Source: Azolla caroliniana (Eukaryota; Plantae; Polypodiophyta). From it: a stretch of 64,000 nt of DNA. Of this stretch, positions 49,419-60,418 are shown piece by piece. Every line of letters starts with the position of its first letter. Within the stretch, counting starts at the first letter, position 1. The notes under the pieces are model-generated. The model was not told the DNA's origin, made no database searches, and saw only the letters and a program-made list of their open reading frames with translations. The stretch covers positions 5,704,001 through 5,768,000 of the forward strand of contig JBHGNT010000020.1 in the NCBI GenBank assembly GCA_043228905.1, in the 5' to 3' direction. A program made the translations under genes and the position numbers.

Positions 49419-52134
49419 CTCAGCTGGATAGCAACAAAGAATGACATGAAGGTTTAATGGAGAAGCTTAACTCAGAGAGTATATACGGGAGAGACAGAGA
49501 GAGAGCAGAACATAGACTATATTCAAAAATTAACTCTAAAAAATTTGTACATACAACGTGCTAAACAACACTATTTATACAAGTCCATAAAGGACCGACA
49601 GAAGTACTGACAGGTACTTCAATGCTCATACGTGTGACTGACACTAACTACGAGACAATAATTACCTAGTAGTCTAGGCTACTACTAGGATTCTGGTTCC
49701 CAGTCGAATCCGGCTCTCCGATCCGTCTCCTCGATCCGGCCGGTTGTTTCCAGATACCGATCCGGCTCATCCTTCCGGATGCCAATCCGGCTTAGGCTTA
49801 TTCAGGTGATCTAGATCCGGTTGAGCTTGCTCACTCAACACTCCCCCTCAAGCTCAACTTGAGGTCAGATCGTGTTGTTAGTGTCCCTGACTGCCGGTTC
49901 TTCTACGCGGCTCCTTTAGGCGTTGCTCCGGCTTGCTTGCGCTCCTCGTCTAGTCCGGTTCTGCACACTTCGACCTCCTCGGTCGGCTTGTCTTCTCAAT
50001 ACGCCCATTTCAACTCCCTCGTTGTTGCGACTCCGACGCTTGTCAACCCATTGGTTCCTTCGTGTTTGTGTCGACTTCCGCTGCATCCGTGTCTGTGTCC
50101 GTTTGGCCTTTAGTTGATACGGCTTCTCTGAATCTTGAACCGAATCAGTTTCCTTCGATTTGTTCCAGCTCTTGTTCGAGTCGGTGTTCTTCAACTCGTC
50201 TTCTAGTTTCAAGCCCTTCACCATATCATACCATGTCCGGGTCTTGGCCTTCTTCTTTTGGTCGGCTCTGTCCTTCTTGACTCTGCCGCCATTGCCGCTT
50301 GTTTCGACTTGTTTGGATGTGCCAACTTCCTTCATCGACTCGGCTTCCTTATTCCTCTTGTCTCCCCCTTTGTTGGTTCTTCCCTTTCCGGTTCCTTGTC
50401 CGGTGCCGTCAATAGTCTCTTTGCCTTTGCCCGTGCTCGTTCTCCCCCTCAAGTGCGGCACGTCGAGATGATGAACACCAAGCATGTCGTTGAAGTGTTG
50501 CAACTTGTCCGATCCGAGTGGTTTGGTGAAGATGTCGGCAACTTGGCGATTTGTCTGAACATGCCGAAGGTCGACTTCACCGCTCAGGACCTGCTCACAC
50601 ACGAAGTGATAATGCACTTCTATGTGCTTTGTTCGAGCATGGAATACAGGGTTCTTGCCAAGATGTATGCTGCTCATGTTGTCGCAGTAGATCAGGATCG
50701 GGGTTGGTACCTCAATCCACAGGTCTTGCAGCACTCGCCGAAGCTAGATGGCTTCATAGGTGGCATTGGTAGCGCCCTAGGATTCAGCCTCAGTGCTCGA
50801 CAGAGCCACTGTTGGCTGCTTTTTGTTGCTCCACGCAACAGCTGCGCTACCTAGAGAAAACATGTAACCGGAGGTGGATCGACGATCTGATGCATGACCA
50901 ACCCAGTTGGCATTAGTATATCGGACTAGCTTCCCAGCTATACCGTGTCGGTATAATAGTCCCCGATCCTTCGTGCCGCTAACATACCAGAGTATCCGAT
51001 GTGCGCACTGAAAGTGCTCGACGGTCGGCTTCTGCATGAACTAGCAAATCACTCCAACTGGGTAACTAAGGTCGGGTCGAGTGATTGTCAGGTATATGAG
51101 GCTTCCGACTATTTGTCAGATTCGTTTCTCATCGTAGGCCGGTCCGGAGTTGGGACAGAGCTTTTGGTTCCTGTCCAAGGGTGTGGAGACAGGTCGGCAT
51201 TCTGTCATGCCGAACTTGTACAATATATTCAACACATAGTGTCGTTGTGAGAGCAATATGCCGTCGGGGGTTCGGATCAGCTCGATGCCAAGAAAATAAT
51301 GAATGTCCCCAAGGTCCTTCATTTCAAATGCGTCCGATAGCTGGGACTGTAGTCGACCGATTTCATTGAGTCCGGATCTGGTGATGACCAAATAATCTAC
51401 ATAAAGCAAGATGCAAACCGGACCGTCCGGACCTTTCCGAATGAACAACGATGAGTCAGATTTAGAGGGCACAAACCCCATCTTATGCTACCAGTGCGTA
51501 ATCTTCAAATTCCAAGCTCGGGAGGCTCGTTTCAGACTGTAAAGTGACTTCTTAAGCTGGCACACCGACGACTTGTACATCTCCGACTGAAAACCAGGAG
51601 GTTGGATCATATAGACTCTTTCTTCAAGGTCACCTTGAAGAAACGCATTCTTCACGTCCATCTCGTGATGATGCCACCCCCTTGCCGCAACAACCGCCAG
51701 TACCACACAAACCGTCGTCATCTTCGCTACCGGAGCGAAGGTCTCATCGTAGTCGATTCCGTGTGTCTGTGCGTATCCCTTTGCCACTAACTTGTGCTGC
51801 GAAGATTGTGGTTGTGTGTCACAATAGTTCTGTGACTCGCAGATGATCGGGGTGAAAACGCGTAATCATAGATGGTGCGATGACAAGAAGCCGAGAAGGC
51901 AAGATAAATGCAAAATAAGTTATTCGAAGAGGATTCGAACTCATGACCTTTTGTTTACAAAGAGGCATTTGAGATACACCACTTTAACTTCTTCCTTTCC
52001 TTGTATCTCATTTCTTTTCTTTAACTCTTGTCTTGATTTATGCAGGCCACCATCTTCTTCAGCAAGCTCTGCATCCTATACCCACGCGAGCTTCGTCACT
52101 CACTTTTCCTTCTCTTCCTTCTCCTTCTCCTCCT

Positions 52135-52525
52135 TGTTGTCTGCCTGGCCGGACTAGCCTCAACACAGGTGTCTATCCGACACTTCTCCAAAGGGGTGGT
52201 AAGGATTGGATGCTAGGTTACACGCGTAAGATGATTACAATTAAGCAAAGACGGTAAAACAATACGAAGATACAGATAAACACGCAATAATTACTTTTGT
52301 ATTACTTTCGTCAAAACCTTTACAAATCATCGGATCCTTTTATAGGCATCTGGCAAGGTTACAATCGGTGCGCTTAGGCAACCGGCATCCGAATCGGTCC
52401 GGATCCGGATCGGTACAACTGTACCGGATCCGTCCCTCCGAATAATAATTATACTATTATTTACTTCCTATTATCCGATCCGACTCCGCCTTCCCACTTG
52501 TCCTTGCTCTTCTGACCGGTCAACA
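52135..52525. repeat. Solo LTR (391 bp) inserted in the E4 3' LTR
   Basis: TGTTG..CAACA, TSD CTCCT (52130-34, 52526-30); absent from the E4 5' LTR. Confidence 0.93.
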
Positions 52526-55500
52526 CTCCTCTCCCCCTTTAGCTACCATAGGCGTGGCTTATATAGGGTGGTCAACCGCCCCACCACCCTCTTGAGGCGG
52601 TTGACAAACCACCTCATGCAGGCGGTTGTATTTTTATTTTGATTTGATTTGATCTATTTATTTATTGATGCTACAATTCAATTTTATAGTTCTATATTTC
52701 AGAAATTATAGAAATAACCCTCATTTAATTTTGCCCCCCCTTTTGACATAATTACATTTTGCTCCCAAGTAACATTAATCCTTCCGAAGCTTGTATCTTG
52801 GGCTTCTAAACTCCGATTCACGAATCGAAAATTCCTTTATGCTCCTTGTCATAAGTTCTAGATGGGAAATGTAGTTCTATAGATTTTTGACATTGTTTTC
52901 ACATTGTGAAGTGTCAACTTCACGATACCCACCCCCTCTGAACTTGCACACCTATGGGCGAGTTCACACCATTTCATTTTGATCCTCTTCGAAAAATTCT
53001 TCATCCTCATTTTCTATGAAACTAGGTTCGGTGTCTTCTCTTCTTTTAAAAATATTTATTCTTTTTCCCGCAATCGGCGTCTGGATCTTAGTCCCATCCA
53101 ACTCGTTCAAGTAGTAGGTAGCCTTATCAATCACCGTCCGTACTTCATAAGGCCCAAACCACCATTTTGCGAACTTCCTCATTGTACTGTACTGGTTCTT
53201 GAGGCTACTATCTAGTACCAACACCCAGTCTCCATCTTGAATCTTTCGTGGTCTTAATCTGTTTACTTTGTCAAATCTTGCTTTGTTCTTTATCCGAGCT
53301 TCCTTCAATTTCTCAATAGCCTTTTCTACATCTTTTGCTTGACATTGTAGTTGTCGGATACGAACTGCTAGCAAGTCTTCTCTACTCATCTCTGACTCCC
53401 ATGGTAGCATTGCCCATGTAGCAATCTTCTCTTCAATCGGCATCATCGGCCTTTGTCCTATCATGAGCCCTATCGGCATATATCTTGTCACCTGAACTAT
53501 GTGCGGTCCTATCCGCCCACAATGCATATGGCAAGACCTTAGGCCAATTACCTACTTTGCCTTTACATGCTTTTGCAAGTGCTTTACCTATCGGGCTATG
53601 ACCTCCTTCTATCTTTCCATTTGCCTCAGGATTATATGTTGTTGTCAATGATAACCGAATTCCAATTCTATCAAAGAACTCTCTTGCTTCATCAAAATTG
53701 AGCTCACCTCTATCAGCCACTATCTTCCCTATACACCCATACCTACATATTATATCCTCTAATATGAATTGACATACTACTGATATGGTCTTCGATCTTA
53801 GTTCTCTTCCTTCAACTTGATTTGTAAGGTCTTCTCTAGCAAGTACCAGGAACTTCTTTTGACTTGCCCCCATTGGCATTGCCACTATATCAACCATCCA
53901 CTTGTAATGTATAGCCGGCGAATAGGTCGAGTGCAACTCATCTCTATGCTTAATGTTGGAGTAGATTTGACAGGTTGGGCATGTCTCGACATACCTCTTG
54001 ATTTCGTTGTAGAATCTTGGCTACCAATATCTTTCCTTTATTTTACTAAATGTTGCCCAGACTCCACGGTGTCCAACCCACTCCCTGTCATGTAATTCCT
54101 TTAATATCTGCTCCTGTTGCACTTGGTCACAGATAACCCGTTGTGGATTTCCCATTTTATACTTTGGGTGCTTCCAAAGGTAACCTTGGTGCAAGAAAAA
54201 TCGTTGTGCCTTCTTTTGAAAATTTGAGAAGTTTCTCCAACTCCAAGTTCCTTCCTTCCATGGTGCCTGTAGATACTTCCCGATTTCCTTAAACTCTTCA
54301 TTATACTCTTCTTCTTTAAACTCATGTTCTTCATGTGGCTCACCCCCTCTAATTGCATTTATGACCAAAGCTGATTCTTCTTCGTTGCTATCTGATTCTG
54401 CCACTTCCTCTTTTTCATATTTTGCTCTAGATAACATGTCAACCATTGCATTCTTCTCACCAAATATACGTCGAACATCTGGGTTGATGCTTTTGATGTA
54501 GATACACCACCTAAGCATTGCTTGGTCTGGAATACTGCAATTTGCAATAGTCCCCAGAATTGGCAAGCAATCTGTCTCCACGATCACCTCAGCACCAACC
54601 AGATAGTCCCTATCCGTCTTGATAGCAATGATTATACCCTAGAGCTCTCTCTTCACTAAGTACCTTCGTTGGCATCGGCTAAGTACCTTCGCACCAAATC
54701 AAATCGGATGTCTTTCTCCTTCCTCATCTTGTTGGCTTATTACCCACCCGATTCCAATCGCACTTGAGTCAACTGTGAGGATTATTGGTTGGGTGTAGTC
54801 AGGTTGTTTCAATGCAGGAGCTTTAGCCAGATTCTCCTTCAGTCTTTTAATTGCATTTGAGTGCTCTTCTGTCCACTCAAATGCTTCCCCTTTTCTTAAT
54901 AGCCGATACAATGGATTTGATATGTGGGCATAATGTGGAATCCACCTGCAATAGAAGACACATGCACCCAAGAACCTCTGAACTTCAGATATAGAGTTGC
55001 ATTCTTCTTTCATATTTTGTATTGCGTTGATCTTTGTTGGTGCTGGCTTTCTTCCGTATGGCCCACACATTATGTCCTACCACTAGTACTTCTTGAACCC
55101 TGAATATTGATTTTGGAGCCGAAAGTGTTAGGTGTACCTCCTCTAGGCTTGAAAGCAGTTTATCACAATCTTCTATGTGATCCATGAAAAACTTCCGACA
55201 TCCACTATTATCCAATTCTTCATTCTTCATTCTTTCCTCGTATCCTTTAATGGGTATATCATCCAAGAAAGGCATGGTTATGTGAGGAATAAAATCTCGG
55301 AGAACTTTGTGCATACCATTCATCATGTGAGTGACCGAGTTGGTCGCACCTTGAGGTAGGGTACACATTTGAAGTAATCCAATAGGAGTCCTAATGGAGG
55401 TGATATCCCGACTACCGGCCGCAAGCTGGAACTGGTCATAGCTAGAGTAGAGATCACCCATAGAGTAGATCGCCCTTCCAGCGAACATCTCTGCAAACTC

Positions 55501-56328
55501 ATCTATTATCGGCATTGAATTCCGAATAGTAACTTGATTCATAGGTTGCATGTCTTGATTGAATCGAAGCCGCCCATCCTTTTGCACTGTAAACCATCTA
55601 CTCGAGTATGGAGTGTTTGATGGTTCCAAGTTGCCCATGTTCATTTTCTCTTTTAGAAGCTCGATTAATTGCGGTATCCTTGCTCTTGGCACTTGGATTG
55701 ACTTCAGATTCCACGGAATGTGTGGTATTGTGAAGATGACCATTGGTTCAACTACTTTCGGATTCACACATCTAATTTCTTCAGGGTTGAAGGAGAATGC
55801 TTTCCCATGTGGCCCTAGCATTTTTCTGAATTCTGCTTCTTCTATAGGTGTTAGGAAGTCCTCCCCTCCAATTCTTAGTTCTTTAATTGTTTCTTCCGTG
55901 AACTTGTGCCCAATTCTCTTTGGATCCCGAAGAATTGGCTCGGTCGACACCTCCTTCATTATCTTTTCACTGTCTTCTAGAAGTGGTGTTGCTGCTGGCC
56001 GGACCTTCTTCTCCACCGTTTTGTACTTGGTGTTTATTCGAGCTTCTTCATTTTGAACATACTCCTTGATGGTTTTGAATAGCTCGATGGAATTTATCAC
56101 AACTTCAACTTCATCATCTTCCATCATTAGAGACTCCAACTCTCCTACTATATCTTTAAAACAATATTCTTCAAATATATTCACTAATTTTTCTTCTGAA
56201 TCTATCATACCTCCACCTTGTAATTCTTTTTCTATTTTTTGGAATTTCTTTCCTTTGAAATCTTCTATTATAGTTGCGCCATCTACCGACGCAACATATA
56301 ATTTACCTTTATCTTCAATGCTATGAAT

Positions 56329-56391
56329 GGGGCTTCTTACTTCCCTTGGGCCATCACAACCCCTTTTTGTAAGGGCCCGCTCTAGAAATCC
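56329..56391 (-). promoter_or_regulatory. -1 frameshift signal of E4 (G GAU UUC + pseudoknot)
   Basis: Heptamer then UAG; stem GGGCCcUUACAA/UUGUGAuGGCCC, loop GGGG with downstream CCCC; -1 frame open into pol ORF 56208. Confidence 0.7.
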
Positions 56392-58807
56392 TATACGAAA
56401 TCCCCCACATCTTGTAGTAGATGATCTCGTAGATTCTCCTTATTCCTCTCATGATTTGATCGAACAGTAAGGAACCGTACCAACCTCTTCCCATCCTGGC
56501 TTCGAATCCTAGCAAACGCTGCTCCATTATCAATCACTTTAGTCTCTATCCGCACTGTTGTGATGTACGGTTGCCCTAGGATTACTGGATAAAATGACTT
56601 CTCCTGGACGAAGAAGTTTTGATCTACTGAAATGTCCCCAATTGTAACTGTAATATTTGGACATGCGCCACATAAATCCTCCACGACCTCAGTCGCTTCT
56701 CTCACCTTCCAACCGTGGTTCCTTTCTATTGGCCATCTCCTGCGATTGTAAAAATCAGACGAGATGATATTTATCTCGGAGCCATGGTCGATGAGTGCCA
56801 CACATGGTTCCATCTTATCTCCAATTTTGACTGGAGCCTCGGTTGTTGCTCCAGCCTAGTGTGTGCGGGTGTAATGGCTTCGTTCCTCTTCATGACTACA
56901 TTGTGTGTCAGCACTCCGTACCCCGGCTAACAATGCAGTCTCCATATCTTCATCTTCCTCCCGTATCATGACGGTATTTACTCCACCCGTTTCTTCAACC
57001 ACTTGTCTTTTCCTCCAAATCACATCAATGATCACTTCATGAAATTCCTTCTTCGCGATCCCTAGTACTTCTCGGAGTGTTAACTCAACTTTGCTATCCT
57101 TGATTCTAGCACATGCTTTAGGTCAGTGGAAATTTCGATGTCGGAGGCGAGTTAGAATGATGGGGCTATCTTTTGCTTACCTTTGTCTTCTTTCATCGCC
57201 TCTGCTGCAACTCGTTCAGTTTCTCGGGTCTCAGGTTTTCTAGAAGGTCCCGCTTCTTCAGTTCTCCTTTGTTTTTCTTCGACTGTCACCTCGTGGGCAT
57301 TCACCCCCGCTATCTTGGTGATCATAGTGAGTGAATCTACTAGGTCATTCAACCCAGTACTACTCCTTATCTCGTCACCCGCCTTTCGTAAGTCATGTGG
57401 CTGGACTCTTTTGTCAGTAGAGGACTTTATCACTTTTCCCCAAAATCCTAATCCAATTTGGGGATCATCGACCTTCAATCCGGAAGTAGTCGAAAAGTAC
57501 ATTGCCTGAACATTCTTCGACTCTTCGTCCTCCATCACTTTCTTCATCCTACCTTTGCCGAAGTTGGTTTTTAGGGTCTCTGAGGAGTGGATTCTCCCAT
57601 TTTGATAGAAGATAAGATTTCTTTCTAATGCTTCCTTATGGCTCTAACAATCCCTTCTTTGGTGCTCCGCGCTATCGCACCATATGCATCGGCGGACGAA
57701 TTCACCCTTTTCTCCTTCATTGGGCTTTTGATGAACACCCGAGCTTTCACCCTTCTCAAGTTTTGTGAACTTGAGTTGTAGATCCCGCATTCCCTTTATC
57801 AGTTCATCAATCGTAGATTCTGGCTCCTTTCCTTTGCTATCATCCGTTCAAGTTCCTGATTCTTGTTTTGGATGTTCTCTGGCTGTTGTCTTTATTCTAT
57901 CGTCATAGCCACCCTCCATCCTTAGCGCCCTCCTTCTTAGTACTCAACAAGCCTCGAGTACTTCCACCCAATCGGACACCAAACCGGTTGTGCTTGTCCA
58001 GTCTTCCAGAAGGATGGCGATATCTTTTCTAAAAGATTTATCTGCCGCTCGGACAAATAAATCCAACTTCTCTAATTGTAGTAGTTCTCGATCTCTTACC
58101 GAGAGCTCATTATATCTTTTGTCAAACTCTCTCAGCAACTCTGACATTGAGAGTGCTTTACCCCCTTTCTCAGTCCATTCGAGAAAGCTCTTCTTTGACA
58201 TTCGGTTCCGGTCGTCTAGCATGTATTCATCAAGCAATGCTTGACGGAACCTGTCGCAATCTTCACAGAATCTCTCCGATAATTCCGTTACCCTTGCTCG
58301 GACATCAAGTGTGCATACCCGATTGATGTGCGAGACCATTTGTTCTCCGGTTGCCCCTCTACTGGCCATCTCGTATTCGAAGACCTCAAGGAACTGAGTG
58401 ACGTCCTCGCCATTAAATTTGCTTATCCTCTCAATGACCGTTTGTACGGCGAGCGTTAACTCACTTTCCATTCGGTTCATTGCACTTTGCTCTTGAAACA
58501 TCCGATTCATCATCGTCATCATGAAACTTGCCATCTCTTCATTGAAGCCCTTATTTGCCATGTCTGTGTTGGCACCTTTATCCGCCAGTTTCTTTGATTT
58601 TTCGACCTTCTCTTTGTAAAACTTTAACTCCGAAACTCCCCTTGTCGACGACACTTCACGTCGGGTTCACCAAATTTGTGTCGCAAAGATTGTGGTTGTG
58701 TGTCGCAACCGCCGGGGTTCTGTGACTCGGGGATGATCGGGGTGAAAACGTATAATCGCAGATGGTGCGATGACAAGAAGTCAAGAAGGTAAGATAAATG
58801 CAAAAGA

Positions 58808-58880
58808 AGTTATTCGAAGAGGATTCGAACTCACGACCTTTTGTTTACAAAGAGGCGTTCGAGATACACCACTTTAACTT
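58808..58880 (-). ncRNA. tRNA-like Pol III cassette in E4 LTR (second copy about 51918-51990)
   Basis: AGTTAAAGTGG (A-box-like) .. TTGTAAA .. AGGTCGTGAGTTCGAATCC (B box), TTTT downstream. Confidence 0.5.
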
Positions 58881-60418
58881 CTTCCTTTTCTTGTAGTTTC
58901 TTTCTTTTCTTTAACTCTTGCCTTGATTTATGCAGGCCACCATCTTCTTCGGCGAGTTCTGCATCCCATACCCACGCGAGCTTCTTCACTCGCTTTTCCT
59001 TCTCTTCCTTCTCCTTCTCCTCCTCTCCCCCTTTAGCTACCATAGGCGTGGCTTATATAGGGTGGTCAACCGCCCTACCACCCTCTTGAGGCGGTTGTAT
59101 TTTTATTTTATTCTTCTTTTATTTATTTATTTATAGTTCTATATTTCAGAAATTATAGAAATAACCCTCATTTAATTTTGGCCCCCTTTTGACATAACTA
59201 CATTTTTGTCCCAAGTAACATTAATGCTTCCGAAGCTTGTATCTTGGGCTTCTGAACTCTGATTCACGAACCGAAAATTCCTTCATCCTCCTTGTCATAA
59301 TCTCAAGATGGGAAATGTAGTTCTATAGATTTTTGACATTGTTTTCACATCGTGAAGTTTCAACTTTATGACATCGGGCCTTGTACCGGTTAACCGAACC
59401 GTCGGCATTGTACTTTACCTTGTACACCCATTTGGAACTGATTGGTTTACAGTGTCAGGGAGGGTCAACGAGGTCCCATGTGTCGCTGGCATCAAGTGCC
59501 TGCATTTCTTCCTCCATAGCGGCACGCCAATTTGCGTCTTATGCCACTTCTGCGTAGGTGTGCGGCTCTAGCACTTCCGCCACTTTCGTCATGTATGCAT
59601 AGTCATGTGCCATGTACTCATTGTACCCATACCGTGTAACGGGGTTCTTTTGGCGGGATGACTGGCGTAACTTGTCGTTACCCGGTTTAAGGCGCTTCTT
59701 GGCCGATTCAGACTTCCTTTTTGAAGATCCGACTTCTTCCTTTCCGGAGTCGGACTCACTCCGATCCGACTCAACGTTGTCGGTTTCGTATTCCGGCATC
59801 TTCTTCTTCCCCTTCTCTTTACGTGTGTATCGTCTCCTCGGTTCCTTGCGCGGGGAGAGCATGATAGAGTCTCCACTACTCGCCAGTTCTTCATCTGACT
59901 GGTAATCCTGACTTAGCCGCTCATTCAGTCTACTCAACCGGAATGAGATCAGACTCTCCTCTAGAGTGCCGAAATCTTCATCTTTGACCTGGACTTCCTC
60001 GGGCTCACTAGCCTAATCGTCTGGAGTCGGGTCTTCGTCGGGAGTTGGAGTTGGTAAGGAGTACCATGATGCCGTCTCATCAAACTCGACATCTCAGCTT
60101 ACTCGGACCTGCTTAGTCCGAGGGTTATAGCACTTATACCACTTCTGCTCAAGCGAGTAGCCGACTAGGATGCACTTCTCCGAGTTCGGATCTAGCTTTT
60201 TCCGCTTCTCATCCGGTACATGCACATATGCTATGCTACCGAATATTCGAAGGTGTCTCAAATTCGGCTTGCGCCCGAAATACAGCTCGTGTGTTGACAC
60301 CTTGTCACCGATCCGGTTTTGGATGTAGATGGTCGTCCGAACTGCCTCAGTCCAGTAGAAATGGGGCATGCTCTTCTCCTCCAACATTGCCCTTGCCGCG
60401 TCGACAATTGACCGGTTC

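Larger units (their letters stand above)
51795..59373 (-). mobile_element. Gypsy E4, full length but decayed (Trp-primed lineage, divergent from E1)
   Basis: LTRs 51795-52927 and 58679-59373, Trp PBS 58655-58672, gag 57000-58560, protease CVALIDHGSEIN, RT LPQGATNS/FLDDI, IN with GPY; many stops. Confidence 0.93.
49010..60418 (-). mobile_element. Ty1/copia G (A-like family), decayed; host of E4 and K
   Basis: 3' LTR 49010-49840 (interrupted), PPT, RNase H 50450-51040, RT split by E4 at YKAR|LVAKGY, integrase C-terminus 59540-60418. Confidence 0.88.
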
